A stretch of DNA of 64,000 nucleotides from Myxococcota bacterium. GTDB lineage: Bacteria > Myxococcota_A > UBA9160 > UBA4427. The stretch is taken from assembly GCA_041389425.1 (NCBI GenBank), contig JAWKRX010000028.1, positions 6,388-70,387 of the forward strand. The letters are read 5' to 3'. Shown one piece after another: positions 49,857 to 59,584 of the stretch (positions within the stretch are counted from its first letter, which is position 1; every line of letters begins with the position of its first letter). The notes under the pieces are model-generated. The model did no database searches. It saw only the letters and a program-made list of their open reading frames with translations, and was not told the origin of the DNA. The position numbers were made by a program, and so were the translations under genes.

Positions 49857-50420
49857 ATGACGGATGCCCACCTCGAGCGCCAGATTCGCGAGCTGATCGA
49901 TCGGCAGGCGATCCACGACGTGATCGTCCGCTACTGCCGCGGAGTCGATCGGCTCGACCGGGAGCTGATCCTCTCTGCCTATCATCCCGACGCGATCGAC
50001 GACCACGGCATCTTCGTCGGGGGCCCCGAGGCCTTCGCGGACCATTTCTCGGCGTTCCACGCCAGCCGGCAGAGCGCGACCCAGCACATCGTCACGAACC
50101 ACAGCTGCGAGCTCGCGGGCGACGTCGCCCATTGCGAGACCTACTGGCTCTTCGCGGCCATGAACCGCGAAGGTCCGCCCCTCTCCCTCGGCGGCGGGCG
50201 CTACATCGACCGGATGGAGCGCCGCGGCGGCCGCTGGGCGATCGCGCAGCGCAAATGCCTCTACGACTGGCAGGGCGTCCCGGGCGACTACGCGCTGCCG
50301 CCGGACCTCGCCGCGAAGATGCAGGGCGCAGGCCCGCCCGCCCGCGACCGCAGCGATCCCTCCTACGAGCGGCCGCTGCGCGTCGACCCGAAGCGCATCT
50401 TCGATCCGCCCCAGGGTTGA
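49857..50420 (+). CDS. NTF2/SnoaL-like domain protein
   Basis: DRQAIHDVIVRYCRGVDRLD...AYHPDAIDDHG...GGRYIDRMERRGGRW. Confidence 0.88.
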   Translation: MTDAHLERQIRELIDRQAIHDVIVRYCRGVDRLDRELILSAYHPDAIDDHGIFVGGPEAFADHFSAFHASRQSATQHIVTNHSCELAGDVAHCETYWLFAAMNREGPPLSLGGGRYIDRMERRGGRWAIAQRKCLYDWQGVPGDYALPPDLAAKMQGAGPPARDRSDPSYERPLRVDPKRIFDPPQG

Positions 50421-50457
50421 TCGGCGCCGGCGACCGCGGCATCGCCGGCGCGGGCCT

Positions 50458-52563
50458 TCAGCGCGGCAGCGCGAAGGCCATCAGCGCGTCTCCGGGCTCC
50501 GACCAGACGTGGCCGCCCGCGGCGATCACGACGAACTGGCGACCGTCCGGGCCGAGGCGATAGGTCATCGGCGTCGCGTTGCCGGTGAAGGGCAGCCGAT
50601 GGCGCCAGAGCTCTTCGCCGGTCTCGGAGTCGAAGGCGCGCAGGTAGCGATCCGTCGTCGCGGCGATGAAGACGAGCCCGCTGGCCGTCAGCACGGGCCC
50701 CCCGAGATTCGGCGCGCCGAGATTCCGGAAGCCGGGCCAGAGCCAGATCGGAAACGGCGCCTGATCGCGAATCGTCCCGAGCGGCTTCTCCCAGGCGATC
50801 TCGCCGGTCGCGAGATCGACGGCGACGAGCGTGCCCCAGGGCGGCGGCGAGCAGGGCGCGCCGAAGGGCGAGAGGATCGGGAAGTTCTTCATCGCCCAGG
50901 GCGTGCCGTGCATCGGCTGGAGCTGGAAGGGCCAATGCGAGGCCTTGTCGGGCATCGCGTCCCATTCGGCGCGCGGAATCAGCTGGATGCCGTTCGCCAT
51001 CCGCATCAGGTTCGTGACGAGCAGCCGGCGCTCGGGATCGATCGCGACGCTGCCCCAGTTCATGCCGCCGGGGTTCTGGGGGAACTGGATGCTGCCCTCC
51101 ACGGTCGGCGGCGTGAAGATGCCGTCGTAGCGGTATCGCGCGAGCGCCTCGCGACAGCGGCCGCGGTCCCAGAACGTGAAGCCGAAGGCGTCGTCGGGCT
51201 TCAGCTCGCTCGGGTGGAGGGGCGCGACGAAGGTCGGGACCGGCTGCGTCGGCGCGAGCTCTTCGCCCGGAACGCCGTCGGTCGGGACCGGCTGCTCGCG
51301 ATGGCCGTGGATCGGCCGGCCCGTGCGGCGATCGAGCAGGAAGACGTGGCCCATCTTCGTCGCCTGGGCGAGCGCCGGAACGCGGCTTCCGTCCGGATGC
51401 TCGAAATCGAAGAGCACGGGCTGGGAAGCCGTATCGAAATCCCAGACGTCCTTGTTCACCATCCGGTAATGCCAGACGAGCTCCCCCGTCCCGCCGCGCA
51501 GCGCGACGACGGAGCTCGAAAAATGATCGAGCCCGAAGCGGGAGGAGGCGAAGTAGTCGGTCGCGGCGTTGCCCATCGGGACGTAGACGAGGTCGAGCGA
51601 TTCGTCGGCCGAGGCGATCGACCAGCTGTTGGCGGTGCCGGCGACGAACTCGCTGCCCTCGGCGGGCGGCGGCCCGGCATAGCCGGGCGGAACCGGATCG
51701 AAGCCCCAGCGTCTCTTGCCCGTCCGCACGTCATAGCCGCGGACGACGCCCGGCGGCGCCGCGCGCCGGAGATTGTCGTAGACCATGCCGCCGACCACGA
51801 CCGTGTCGTTGACCGTCGTCGGCGGCGACGTCACGTAATAGGCCCAATCCTCGATGGCCCCCATGCCGGCGCGCAGGTCGACGCGCCCCGCGTCGCCGAA
51901 ATCGCCGCAGACGAGTCCGGTCGCCGCGTCGATCGCGATCAGCTCCGCGTCGATCGTGGCCGTGAAGATCCGGCGACCACAGCGCTGCTCGCGCTCTTCG
52001 GCGTCTTCCGCCTCCCAGAAGGCGACGCCCCGGCAGACGCGGCTATGCGGGTCCGGCAGCTTCGTCTGGCGCTGCTGCGGGTCGTAGGCCCAGCGCTGCT
52101 CGCCCGTCTGCGCATCGATCGCGAGCACGCGGTTCATGGGGGTGCAGTAGACGAGCGCGTCGCCGACCAGCAGCGGCGTCACGTTGAAGGAGGTCCGGCT
52201 CGTCCCGTCGCTGCCGTCCGAGACGTCACCGCTGTGGTGGACCCAGGCGACCTCGAGCCGGTCGACGTTCGCTGGTGAGATCTGGGTGGCGACGGAATGC
52301 CGCATGCCGCCGCGGTCGCCGCCATAATGCGGCCAGCCGGCTGCCGGTCCGGGATCGGCGTCCGGCCCCGGGCGATCTGCGTCGCAGCCGGTCCACGCGA
52401 TCGCAAACATGCCCGCGAAGGCGACCGCTCGCAGCGCGTTCGCCGCGCGCTTCGCGACGCCCCGGCGGCCGAGCGCCTCGCCGGCACGCGACGCTTCGTC
52501 GCGCGGGCCGACGTGCCGCGCACGCCTCCGCCTCGCCCGTACCTCCGCGATCCGCTCGTGCAA
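50458..52563 (-). CDS. PQQ-dependent dehydrogenase (glucose/quinate/shikimate family), probable lipoprotein; start uncertain (52410-52563)
   Basis: WPHYGGD, CRGVA, VWDFD, GGMNWG, PPWGTL, GGPVLTASG and ATPMTY motifs; lipobox-like AWTGC. Confidence 0.88.
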   Translation of the reverse strand: MHERIAEVRARRRRARHVGPRDEASRAGEALGRRGVAKRAANALRAVAFAGMFAIAWTGCDADRPGPDADPGPAAGWPHYGGDRGGMRHSVATQISPANVDRLEVAWVHHSGDVSDGSDGTSRTSFNVTPLLVGDALVYCTPMNRVLAIDAQTGEQRWAYDPQQRQTKLPDPHSRVCRGVAFWEAEDAEEREQRCGRRIFTATIDAELIAIDAATGLVCGDFGDAGRVDLRAGMGAIEDWAYYVTSPPTTVNDTVVVGGMVYDNLRRAAPPGVVRGYDVRTGKRRWGFDPVPPGYAGPPPAEGSEFVAGTANSWSIASADESLDLVYVPMGNAATDYFASSRFGLDHFSSSVVALRGGTGELVWHYRMVNKDVWDFDTASQPVLFDFEHPDGSRVPALAQATKMGHVFLLDRRTGRPIHGHREQPVPTDGVPGEELAPTQPVPTFVAPLHPSELKPDDAFGFTFWDRGRCREALARYRYDGIFTPPTVEGSIQFPQNPGGMNWGSVAIDPERRLLVTNLMRMANGIQLIPRAEWDAMPDKASHWPFQLQPMHGTPWAMKNFPILSPFGAPCSPPPWGTLVAVDLATGEIAWEKPLGTIRDQAPFPIWLWPGFRNLGAPNLGGPVLTASGLVFIAATTDRYLRAFDSETGEELWRHRLPFTGNATPMTYRLGPDGRQFVVIAAGGHVWSEPGDALMAFALPR

Positions 52564-52620
52564 GACCCTGCCCTCCCGCGCGAACCGCTCGTGAAGTTCC
52601 CGGCTCTCCCGCGCGATCCG
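52549..52620. repeat. Degenerate 33-bp tandem repeat (2 units plus a partial, 26/33 identical)
   Basis: gatccgctcgtgcaagaccctgccctcccgcgc / gaaccgctcgtgaagttcccggctctcccgcgc / gatccg. Confidence 0.6.
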
Positions 52621-52643
52621 GCGATTCTAGGGCGACCCTCGAC

Positions 52644-52687
52644 GAAGGAAAGCGGCGCGCGGCCCCTTTCGGAAGGCCACGCGCCGC
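52644..52687 (-). terminator. Rho-independent terminator after the outer-membrane protein gene
   Basis: Minus strand reads gcggcgcgtggccttcc-GAAA-ggggccgcgcgccgc followed by TTTCCTTC. Confidence 0.6.
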
Positions 52688-52765
52688 CGTCTTTCGCCCC
52701 GATCGGTGCGTATTCGAGCGGGCCGCGGCGCGCGAGCCGCCGCGGCCACGGCCACGGCCACGGCC

Positions 52766-53865
52766 TCAGAACACGTAGTCGATCATCCAGGTCGCGCGCT
52801 GCTCGAAGATGTCCTTGCGCTGACTGATCGCGCGCTCGTACGAGAAGCCCATCGAGACACCAACGCGCAGGGGAACGCGGACGCCCCAGGCGAAGGTGAC
52901 GAGATCCTCGCCCGCCATGCCCGAGGAGCCGAGATTCGCGACGTCCGCGCCCTCGAAGCGGCGGTCGGCCGTGATGCCGTTGGCGTGGAGGATGTCCTGC
53001 GCGGTCCGCAGCGGGACGTGCTGCGCGGGCGCCGGCGGCGACTTCAGGTCGATCGACTTCTTGCCCTCGCCGGAGTCGACCCAGACCATGCCGTTGAGCT
53101 CGATGAAGGGAACGATGTAGTCGGCGCCGGGAATGAAGTCGACCTCGAACGCCTGATCGAGATGGATGTTGTAGAAGACCGACGAGCTGTCGCGATCCTT
53201 GTCGATCGGGAGCTGGGCGCCGATGTCCGTGATCAGATGGACGTTCTTCGGACCCCAGCCGAAGCTCACGGCGGGGATGAAGACGCCCTCGCCGTCGCCC
53301 TGCAGGACGTCCGAGTTGCCGACCGGGATCTCGAAGCGCAGGCTCGGCGTGACGATGATTCCGCGCGCGCGGTCGTCGATCACCGCGTATTTGAAGCCCG
53401 CCGAGATGTCCATGAATCCCTCGTCCTGCTTGAGCCAGGGATTGTCCGGACTGTTGATCATGTAGCCGTCCTTCGTCGCGATGAAGGCGAGGCGATCGGT
53501 CAGCGCGAGGCGCGCCTGCAGCGCAATGACGCCGGCATCGCCGCCGTCGAAGACGGAATCGGACGGGAACCCGTGGTAGATCCCGATGAGATTCAGCTCG
53601 GTCGTGATGTACGGATCCTCGAAGAGGTGGGCCTCGACATCGGCGCGACGTGGCCCGCCGGGCGCGCCTCCCGATCACAGCCAAAATCGGGCAGGAAGCC
53701 GCGGCACGGCGCCTCCGATTCCGCCGCATGCACCGGCCCCGTCCAGGCGCTCACGCCGATGGCCGTGACGATCGCCGCTGCGAGTGAGCGACCTGAAAAA
53801 AAGCGCCTTCGTATCGCCGCGCGCGGCTGCGCGTCGGCGTTTTCCGCCCTCGATTGAATCGACAT
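52766..53865 (-). pseudogene. Secreted/outer-membrane beta-barrel-like protein with a single frameshift at about 53630
   Basis: Signal peptide ORF (MSIQ...RRRFFS...GPVHA; RBS GAGGAG) continues in another frame as HLFEDPYITTE...WMIDYVF. Alternating beta-strand pattern and terminal Phe. Confidence 0.7.
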
Positions 53866-53933
53866 GGGACTCCTCTCGGCGAATGCCGTCGCCGGAAGCA
53901 CGGCATCGCCCTGGTTGGTTGTCAGTCGATTTC

Positions 53934-53948
53934 GCAATCTGCGTGCCA
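53934..53948 (-). promoter_or_regulatory. sigma54 (-24/-12) promoter TGGCACG-CAGA-TTGC
   Basis: Exact match to TGGCACG-N4-TTGC on the minus strand, about 70 bp upstream of the OMP ATG. Confidence 0.75.
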
Positions 53949-54162
53949 AGCTGTGATCGATCGCATCACGTCATCGCAGCCGCCGGCGGGCGGGAGCGTG
54001 GCCGACGACCACGCGTGTCGTCTTCGGCGAGACGGCCGACCCCGATCGGCGCGCCGCCCCGGCCGTGTCGAACCCCTCCCCAATACGGGCCGGACGAGGC
54101 TTCAACCCCTATCGTCCGAATCGTCGGGATCGCACGGGCGGGGCTGTAAGGGAGAAGCGACC

Positions 54163-54519
54163 ATGATCGTCACGTTCACTCTGGTCCGAAAGCGACCGCA
54201 TCTTTCCAGGGAAGAGTTCCTGAACCGCTGGGTCGAACACACCGAGCGCTTCGATCTGCCGGACCACCCATACATCGAGCGCAACCGTCTCATGCTGTTG
54301 CAGGACGAAGTCCCCTACGTCGGTCTCGCCGAGAACCACTGGCCCGACCTCGCGAGCCTCGAAGCGACGTCGGCTTTCTATCGCGAGACCGAAGCCGGCC
54401 GGCGGCATTGGGCGGACCTCGAAAGCTTCATGGACATCGACAACAGCCCGACCGTCGTGGTGACCCACGAGGCCGAAGTCTCCACCGAGGGAACGCGTCG
54501 AACGAAGTACCTCGAATGA
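54163..54519 (+). CDS. EthD domain (dimeric alpha-beta barrel) protein
   Basis: LVRKRPHLSREEF..W..H...DLESFMD; RBS GGAG. Confidence 0.8.
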   Translation: MIVTFTLVRKRPHLSREEFLNRWVEHTERFDLPDHPYIERNRLMLLQDEVPYVGLAENHWPDLASLEATSAFYRETEAGRRHWADLESFMDIDNSPTVVVTHEAEVSTEGTRRTKYLE

Positions 54520-54596
54520 GGCGCGGGGCTCGGATGGCGCGCCCGCTCGATAGAGCGACGACCCGTTACGAAGCATCCCGATCGAAGGAGGAATCC

Positions 54597-54980
54597 ATGA
54601 CCGAGCGTGAAATGACCGGCAATGAAATCGTCGTCCGCGACTTCATCAGCGCGTGGTCGCGCCTCGACGCGGCCGAGCTGGCGAGCTTCTTCAGCGAAGA
54701 CGGCATCTACCACAACATGCCGACGCGGCCCGCGCAGGGCCGCGCGAACGTGCGCGATCTGATTCGGGGATTCATCTCGAGCTGGACGGAGACGGAATGG
54801 GAGATTCGAAATCTCCTCTGTGCGGGCAATCTAGTCATCGTCGAGCGACTCGATCGAACGAAGGCGGGCGCACGGTCGGTCGATCTTCCCTGTACCGGTG
54901 TCTTCGAGCTCGAAGGGGGCAAGATCAAGCGGTGGCGTGACTACTTCGACCTCGCGACCTATCAGCGCGGCATCGGTTGA
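54597..54980 (+). CDS. Limonene-1,2-epoxide hydrolase family protein (NTF2 fold)
   Basis: YHNMP, VIVERLD and WRDYFD motifs; RBS AGGAGG. Confidence 0.88.
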   Translation: MTEREMTGNEIVVRDFISAWSRLDAAELASFFSEDGIYHNMPTRPAQGRANVRDLIRGFISSWTETEWEIRNLLCAGNLVIVERLDRTKAGARSVDLPCTGVFELEGGKIKRWRDYFDLATYQRGIG

Positions 54981-55076
54981 GGGCCCCCCTCGCCCGCGCG
55001 AGCCGGATCGTGCGCTGCGCGGCTCCAGCCGACTGCGGCCGCTCCGGGCGCGAATCCGATTGCGCTCGGGGTCTCG

Positions 55077-58000
55077 TCAGGGCGTGGCGAGGGGCGGGAG
55101 CGAGGCGCCCATGACCGGCCGGAGCTCGTCCGGCGGTGCCGTGGGCCGGAGGTCCCGGCGCTTCCAGAGGAGGTAGACGGCCGGGTAGACGAGGAGCTCG
55201 AGCAGGAACGAAGTGGCGAGACCGCCGACCATCGGCGCGGCGACGCGCTTCATCGTGTCGGCTCCGCTGCCGACCGACCAGAGCAGCGGCATCAAGCCCA
55301 GCATCGCGGCCAGGACCGTCATCAGCTTGGGCCGGATCCGCTTCACGGCCCCCTCGACGATCGCCTCGTGCAGATCGGCGACCGTCTCGAGCCTTCCTGC
55401 CCGTTTGCGCGCGTCCATTGCGAGGTCGAGAAAGAGAAGCATGAAGACTCCCGTCTCCGCATCGAGCCCCATCAACGCGATCATTCCGACCCAGACGGCG
55501 ACCGAGACTTGATAGTCGAGCAGGTAGAGGAACCAAACGGCGCCGATCAACGAGAATGGAACCGCCAGGAGTACGATTCCCACCTTGACCAGGGAGCGCG
55601 TGCTCAGGAAGAGCAGCACCGCGATCGAGCCGAGCACCAGCGGCAGGACGATCTTCAGCCGATTCGCGACCCGCTGCATGCTCTCGTATTGCCCGCTCCA
55701 GGCGAGCGAGTACCCCGGCGGCAGCTCGAATTTCGCATCGACCAGGGCTCGCGCCGCGTCGACCCACCCGCCGACGTCGCGCCCCTCGACATCGACCAGG
55801 ACGTAGGCGGCGAGACGGCCATCCTCGTTCCGGATCATCCCGGCGCCCTCGACTCGTCGGATCTCGGCGAGTTCTCCGAGCGCGACACTCCCGCCCGAAA
55901 CGAGCGGAACGAGCAAGTTCGCAATGTCGCTCGGCCGCTCTCGGCGCTCGCGCGGATACCGGACGCTGATCCCGATCCGCTCCCGCCCGTCGATCACTTC
56001 CGCGACCGGCGCTCCGCCGATCGCGATCGCCACGGCGCGATTGAGATCGACGACCGATGCGCCATGGAAGGCGAGCGCTTCGCGGTTCGGCACGACGTCG
56101 ATGAAATGGCCCCCGGCCGAGCGCTCGGCGACGACGCTGCGCGTTCCGGGCAGCTCGCTCAGGAGTCCCTCGAGCCGCTCCGAAATCCGCTGGATGCCGT
56201 CGGAGTCGGGGCCGAGGACCTTGACGCCGATCGGCGTGCGGATGCCGGTGGCGAGCATGTCGATCCGCCCGCGGATCGGAAGCGTCCAGTTGTTGGGAAC
56301 GCCGGGGATCTGCAAACGGGCGTCGAGTTCCGCGCGCAATTCCCCGGGAGAGATCCGATCGGGCCAGACGAGGCGAAGCGGCGGCTTGACCCATTCCGGA
56401 GCCGCCGAATACCAGCGCGGCTTCTCCCTCCATCGCGCGCTCGGCTTCAAGACGATCGTCGTCTCGACCATGGACAGGGGCGCGGGGTCGGTCGCGGAGT
56501 CGAAGCGTCCCGCCTTCCCGAAGACGGTTTCGATTTCGGGAACCTGCTTCAGGATGCGATCCTGGACGTTGATCAGACGCTGCGCCTCGCTCGCCGAAAT
56601 GCCCGGGAGCGTACTCGGCATGTAGAGCAGCGTGCCCTCGTCGAAGGGCGGCATGAACTCGGAACCGATCCGCAGCGCGATCGGAACGGTCGCGAGCGTG
56701 AGCGCGAGAGCCATTCCGATCGTCGCGAGGGGATGCCTCAGGACGAGACGGCAGGCGGGCTCGTATACGCGAAAGAGGACCCGGCTCACCGGATGTCGCT
56801 CCTCGGGGCGATAGCGCCCGACGGCGAGCCAGTTCCATAGGCGACTGAGCACCACCGGACGAAAACGAAAGGGCTCCATCCGCGTGAACGTCATGCGGAG
56901 CGCGGGATCGAGCGTAATGGCCAGCACGGCAGCCAGGGCCATCGCCAGCGTCTTCGACCAGGCGAGCGGCTCGAACATGCGTCCTTCCTGTCCCTCGAGC
57001 GCGAACAGAGGAAGGAATCCGACCGCGATGACGAGCAGGGAAAAGAACACCGAAGGCGCCACTTCCTGGAGCGCGGCGAGCCGAACGGCGTGGAAATCGC
57101 CTCGACATCCCCCTGCCTGCCACTGCTGGATCCGCTTGTAGGCGTTCTCGACCTCGACGATCGCCCCGTCGACGAGCACGCCGATCGAAATCGCGATCCC
57201 CGCGAGCGACATGACGTTGATCCCGATGCCGAGCGCGAACAGAGGCAGGAAGGACAGCACGACGGCCGTCGGAATCGTGGCGATCGGGACGATCGCGGAA
57301 GGCGCATGCCAGAGGAAGAGCAGGATCACCCCGCTGACGATCAGCATTTCCTCGCCGAGCGCCCGGAATAGCGTCGAGAGCGAGCGGCGGATCAGCGGCG
57401 CACGGTCGTAGACCGGCACGATCTCGACTCCGGCCGGCAAGGACGCGCGGATTTCGTCGAGAGCGCGCTCGACCCGACCGATCAGGGCGAGTGCATTCTC
57501 GCCCTGCCGCATCACGACGACGGCGCCGACTGTGTCGCCCTCGCCATCGAGGTCCGCGACGCCGCGCCGAGGACGCGGACCGAGCGACACGCGAGCGAGA
57601 TCCCCGACCAGAATGGGCCGACCGATTTCGGCGCCGTCGGCCACCACGATCTGCTCGATGTCCTCGGCGTCTTCGATGCTCCCTCGGCCCCGGATCATGA
57701 ATTCGGTGCCCGCGATCTCGAGCAGCCTGCCGCCCCGCTCGTCGTTGCCCGCGCGCACCGCTTCGACGACGCGCGCGAGGGAAACTCCGTAGGCGAGTTG
57801 CGCGTCCGGATCGAGACTGACCTGATACTCGCGGACGGCACCGCCGATCGACGCGACCTCCGCGACGCCGGAGACGGCCTCGAGGCGGTAGCGCAGGACG
57901 TTGTCCTGGAGGCTTCGCAACGCCGCGAGATCGTGCGCGCCGGAATCATCGCGGAGCGCGTATTGATAGACCCAACCCACGCTCGTCGCGTCGGGCCCGA

Positions 58001-58382
58001 GCTCGGTCCTCACGCCGTCCGGCAGTCCGGGCAGGACCGTCGCGAGCTGCTCCGCGACCCGGAACCGGGCCCAATCGGGCTCGGTTCCGTCCTCGAAGAG
58101 GACATAGACGAAGGAATGGCCGTAGTCCGAAACGCCGCGCACGGTCTTGACCCGCGCCCCGCCGAGCAGCGCGCTCACGATCGGAAACGTCACCTGATCC
58201 TCGATCACGTCCGGGCTGCGATCCCAGCGCGAGAAGACGATCACCTGCGTATCGGATAGATCGGGGATCGCGTCCAGCGGCAGCCGGCTGGCCGACCACG
58301 CCGCGCCGAGCAGTGCGATGACCGTCGTGGCGATGACGATCAGGCGGTTACGCACGCTCCAGTCGACGATGCGTCCGATCAA
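55077..58382 (-). CDS. cusA: CusA/CzcA family heavy-metal (Cu/Ag) RND efflux permease
   Basis: LPLDAIPDLSDTQVI, DATSVGWVYQY, MSLAGIAISIGVLVDG, EGRMFEP, DMLATGIRTP and KRIRPKLMT motifs. Confidence 0.92.
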   Translation of the reverse strand: MIGRIVDWSVRNRLIVIATTVIALLGAAWSASRLPLDAIPDLSDTQVIVFSRWDRSPDVIEDQVTFPIVSALLGGARVKTVRGVSDYGHSFVYVLFEDGTEPDWARFRVAEQLATVLPGLPDGVRTELGPDATSVGWVYQYALRDDSGAHDLAALRSLQDNVLRYRLEAVSGVAEVASIGGAVREYQVSLDPDAQLAYGVSLARVVEAVRAGNDERGGRLLEIAGTEFMIRGRGSIEDAEDIEQIVVADGAEIGRPILVGDLARVSLGPRPRRGVADLDGEGDTVGAVVVMRQGENALALIGRVERALDEIRASLPAGVEIVPVYDRAPLIRRSLSTLFRALGEEMLIVSGVILLFLWHAPSAIVPIATIPTAVVLSFLPLFALGIGINVMSLAGIAISIGVLVDGAIVEVENAYKRIQQWQAGGCRGDFHAVRLAALQEVAPSVFFSLLVIAVGFLPLFALEGQEGRMFEPLAWSKTLAMALAAVLAITLDPALRMTFTRMEPFRFRPVVLSRLWNWLAVGRYRPEERHPVSRVLFRVYEPACRLVLRHPLATIGMALALTLATVPIALRIGSEFMPPFDEGTLLYMPSTLPGISASEAQRLINVQDRILKQVPEIETVFGKAGRFDSATDPAPLSMVETTIVLKPSARWREKPRWYSAAPEWVKPPLRLVWPDRISPGELRAELDARLQIPGVPNNWTLPIRGRIDMLATGIRTPIGVKVLGPDSDGIQRISERLEGLLSELPGTRSVVAERSAGGHFIDVVPNREALAFHGASVVDLNRAVAIAIGGAPVAEVIDGRERIGISVRYPRERRERPSDIANLLVPLVSGGSVALGELAEIRRVEGAGMIRNEDGRLAAYVLVDVEGRDVGGWVDAARALVDAKFELPPGYSLAWSGQYESMQRVANRLKIVLPLVLGSIAVLLFLSTRSLVKVGIVLLAVPFSLIGAVWFLYLLDYQVSVAVWVGMIALMGLDAETGVFMLLFLDLAMDARKRAGRLETVADLHEAIVEGAVKRIRPKLMTVLAAMLGLMPLLWSVGSGADTMKRVAAPMVGGLATSFLLELLVYPAVYLLWKRRDLRPTAPPDELRPVMGASLPPLATP

Positions 58383-59527
58383 GGACCCGGCTCTTGATGA
58401 TGTCCGTGTCCGTCGGCATGATCGTGGCTGGCCGGTGCATCGGATCCCCGATCCGAATGCGCCGAGTCCGTCGTTTCCGGAGCGTTCTGCAGCCTGCTCT
58501 TCCCGTAGGCCGCGACCGCCGCGCGAAATCGAGACTCGGAATCGATCAGGAAATTCGCGGCGGTCACGACGTGCTCGCCGGCGGTGAGGCCCGCGAGCAC
58601 CTCGACCTGGCCCTCCCCCTCGACGCCGACGACGACCTCACGCGGATCGAAGCGGCCCGCTTCGTCGGAAACGAAGAGCATCTGCCGCACACCGGTGTCG
58701 AGCAGAGCGTCCTCGGGGACCGCCAGCCGCCTTCCGAGCGGAATCTCGACCGCGAGGCGAACGAACGCCTCGCCGCGCAGACCGCCGCCGGGGGTCGAGA
58801 CGAGCGCGCGCACACGCGCGCTGCCGCCGCGAGTTCCCGCATCGGGATCGATCGTGACGATTTCGCCCAGGTAGAGCCGCCCCGGCCGTCCGGGGGCCGT
58901 CACGCGAACGCGCTGTCCTTCCCGCAACGATTCCGCATCATGGAAGACGCGCGCATAGACCCACGCGCTCCGCCCCGGCAGAAGCAGACTCTGGGCACTC
59001 ACCCCGGAATCGAAGATCCGTCCGAGCTGATCGAAGGACAACCCGAGCAGGCGGAGTCGAACGGCCAGTGCACGCCTCTCCTCGAGCAGCCGTGCGCCCT
59101 CTCCTTCCTGCGCCGACGCCGCCAGCACGTCGTGGTAGTCCGCGAGCGCGGCATAGAGCTCCGGATCGAACGCGACGCGGCCGGCCGTTCGGATCTCCCG
59201 GTGAATCTCCCGATAGGCCGCCTGCGCCGTCGTGACTCCGATCGTCTGGGTCCGCCAGGGTTCGACCGCGAACCCGACATGGCTGGCCGGGTCGCCGGCG
59301 GCGTCGAACGACGCCGCCGGCTCGGACTCAACCGGGGTCAACTCCATCCCGCAGATTCCACAGCGATCCGGACCGCTCGAAACGACCTCCGGATGCATCG
59401 GGCATTGATAGACGACGGCCTCTCGCGACCCTCCCTCGTCCCTGGCGCCCTCGCATCCGGTTGCCGTCACGGCGAGCGCGAAGACGAGCGCCACGACGGC
59501 CGCCAGGAAACGTTCCGTTCTCCGCAT
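58379..59527 (-). CDS. CusB-like periplasmic adaptor with heavy-metal-binding domain and His-rich tail
   Basis: Lipobox TGC; YQCPMHP...CGICGMEL; ANFLIDSES; C-terminal HSD...HDHADGHGHH. Confidence 0.85.
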   Translation of the reverse strand: MRRTERFLAAVVALVFALAVTATGCEGARDEGGSREAVVYQCPMHPEVVSSGPDRCGICGMELTPVESEPAASFDAAGDPASHVGFAVEPWRTQTIGVTTAQAAYREIHREIRTAGRVAFDPELYAALADYHDVLAASAQEGEGARLLEERRALAVRLRLLGLSFDQLGRIFDSGVSAQSLLLPGRSAWVYARVFHDAESLREGQRVRVTAPGRPGRLYLGEIVTIDPDAGTRGGSARVRALVSTPGGGLRGEAFVRLAVEIPLGRRLAVPEDALLDTGVRQMLFVSDEAGRFDPREVVVGVEGEGQVEVLAGLTAGEHVVTAANFLIDSESRFRAAVAAYGKSRLQNAPETTDSAHSDRGSDAPASHDHADGHGHHQEPGP

Positions 59528-59584
59528 TCCGCTACTCCTGCCCCGCGAACCCGAATGCGCTCGGACGCGCTGGGACGCGCCCCT

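Noticed and set aside
52745-52765. (GGCCAC)x3 microsatellite after the OMP stop
   Set aside because: Non-coding, three units only, with no evidence of a phase-variation role.
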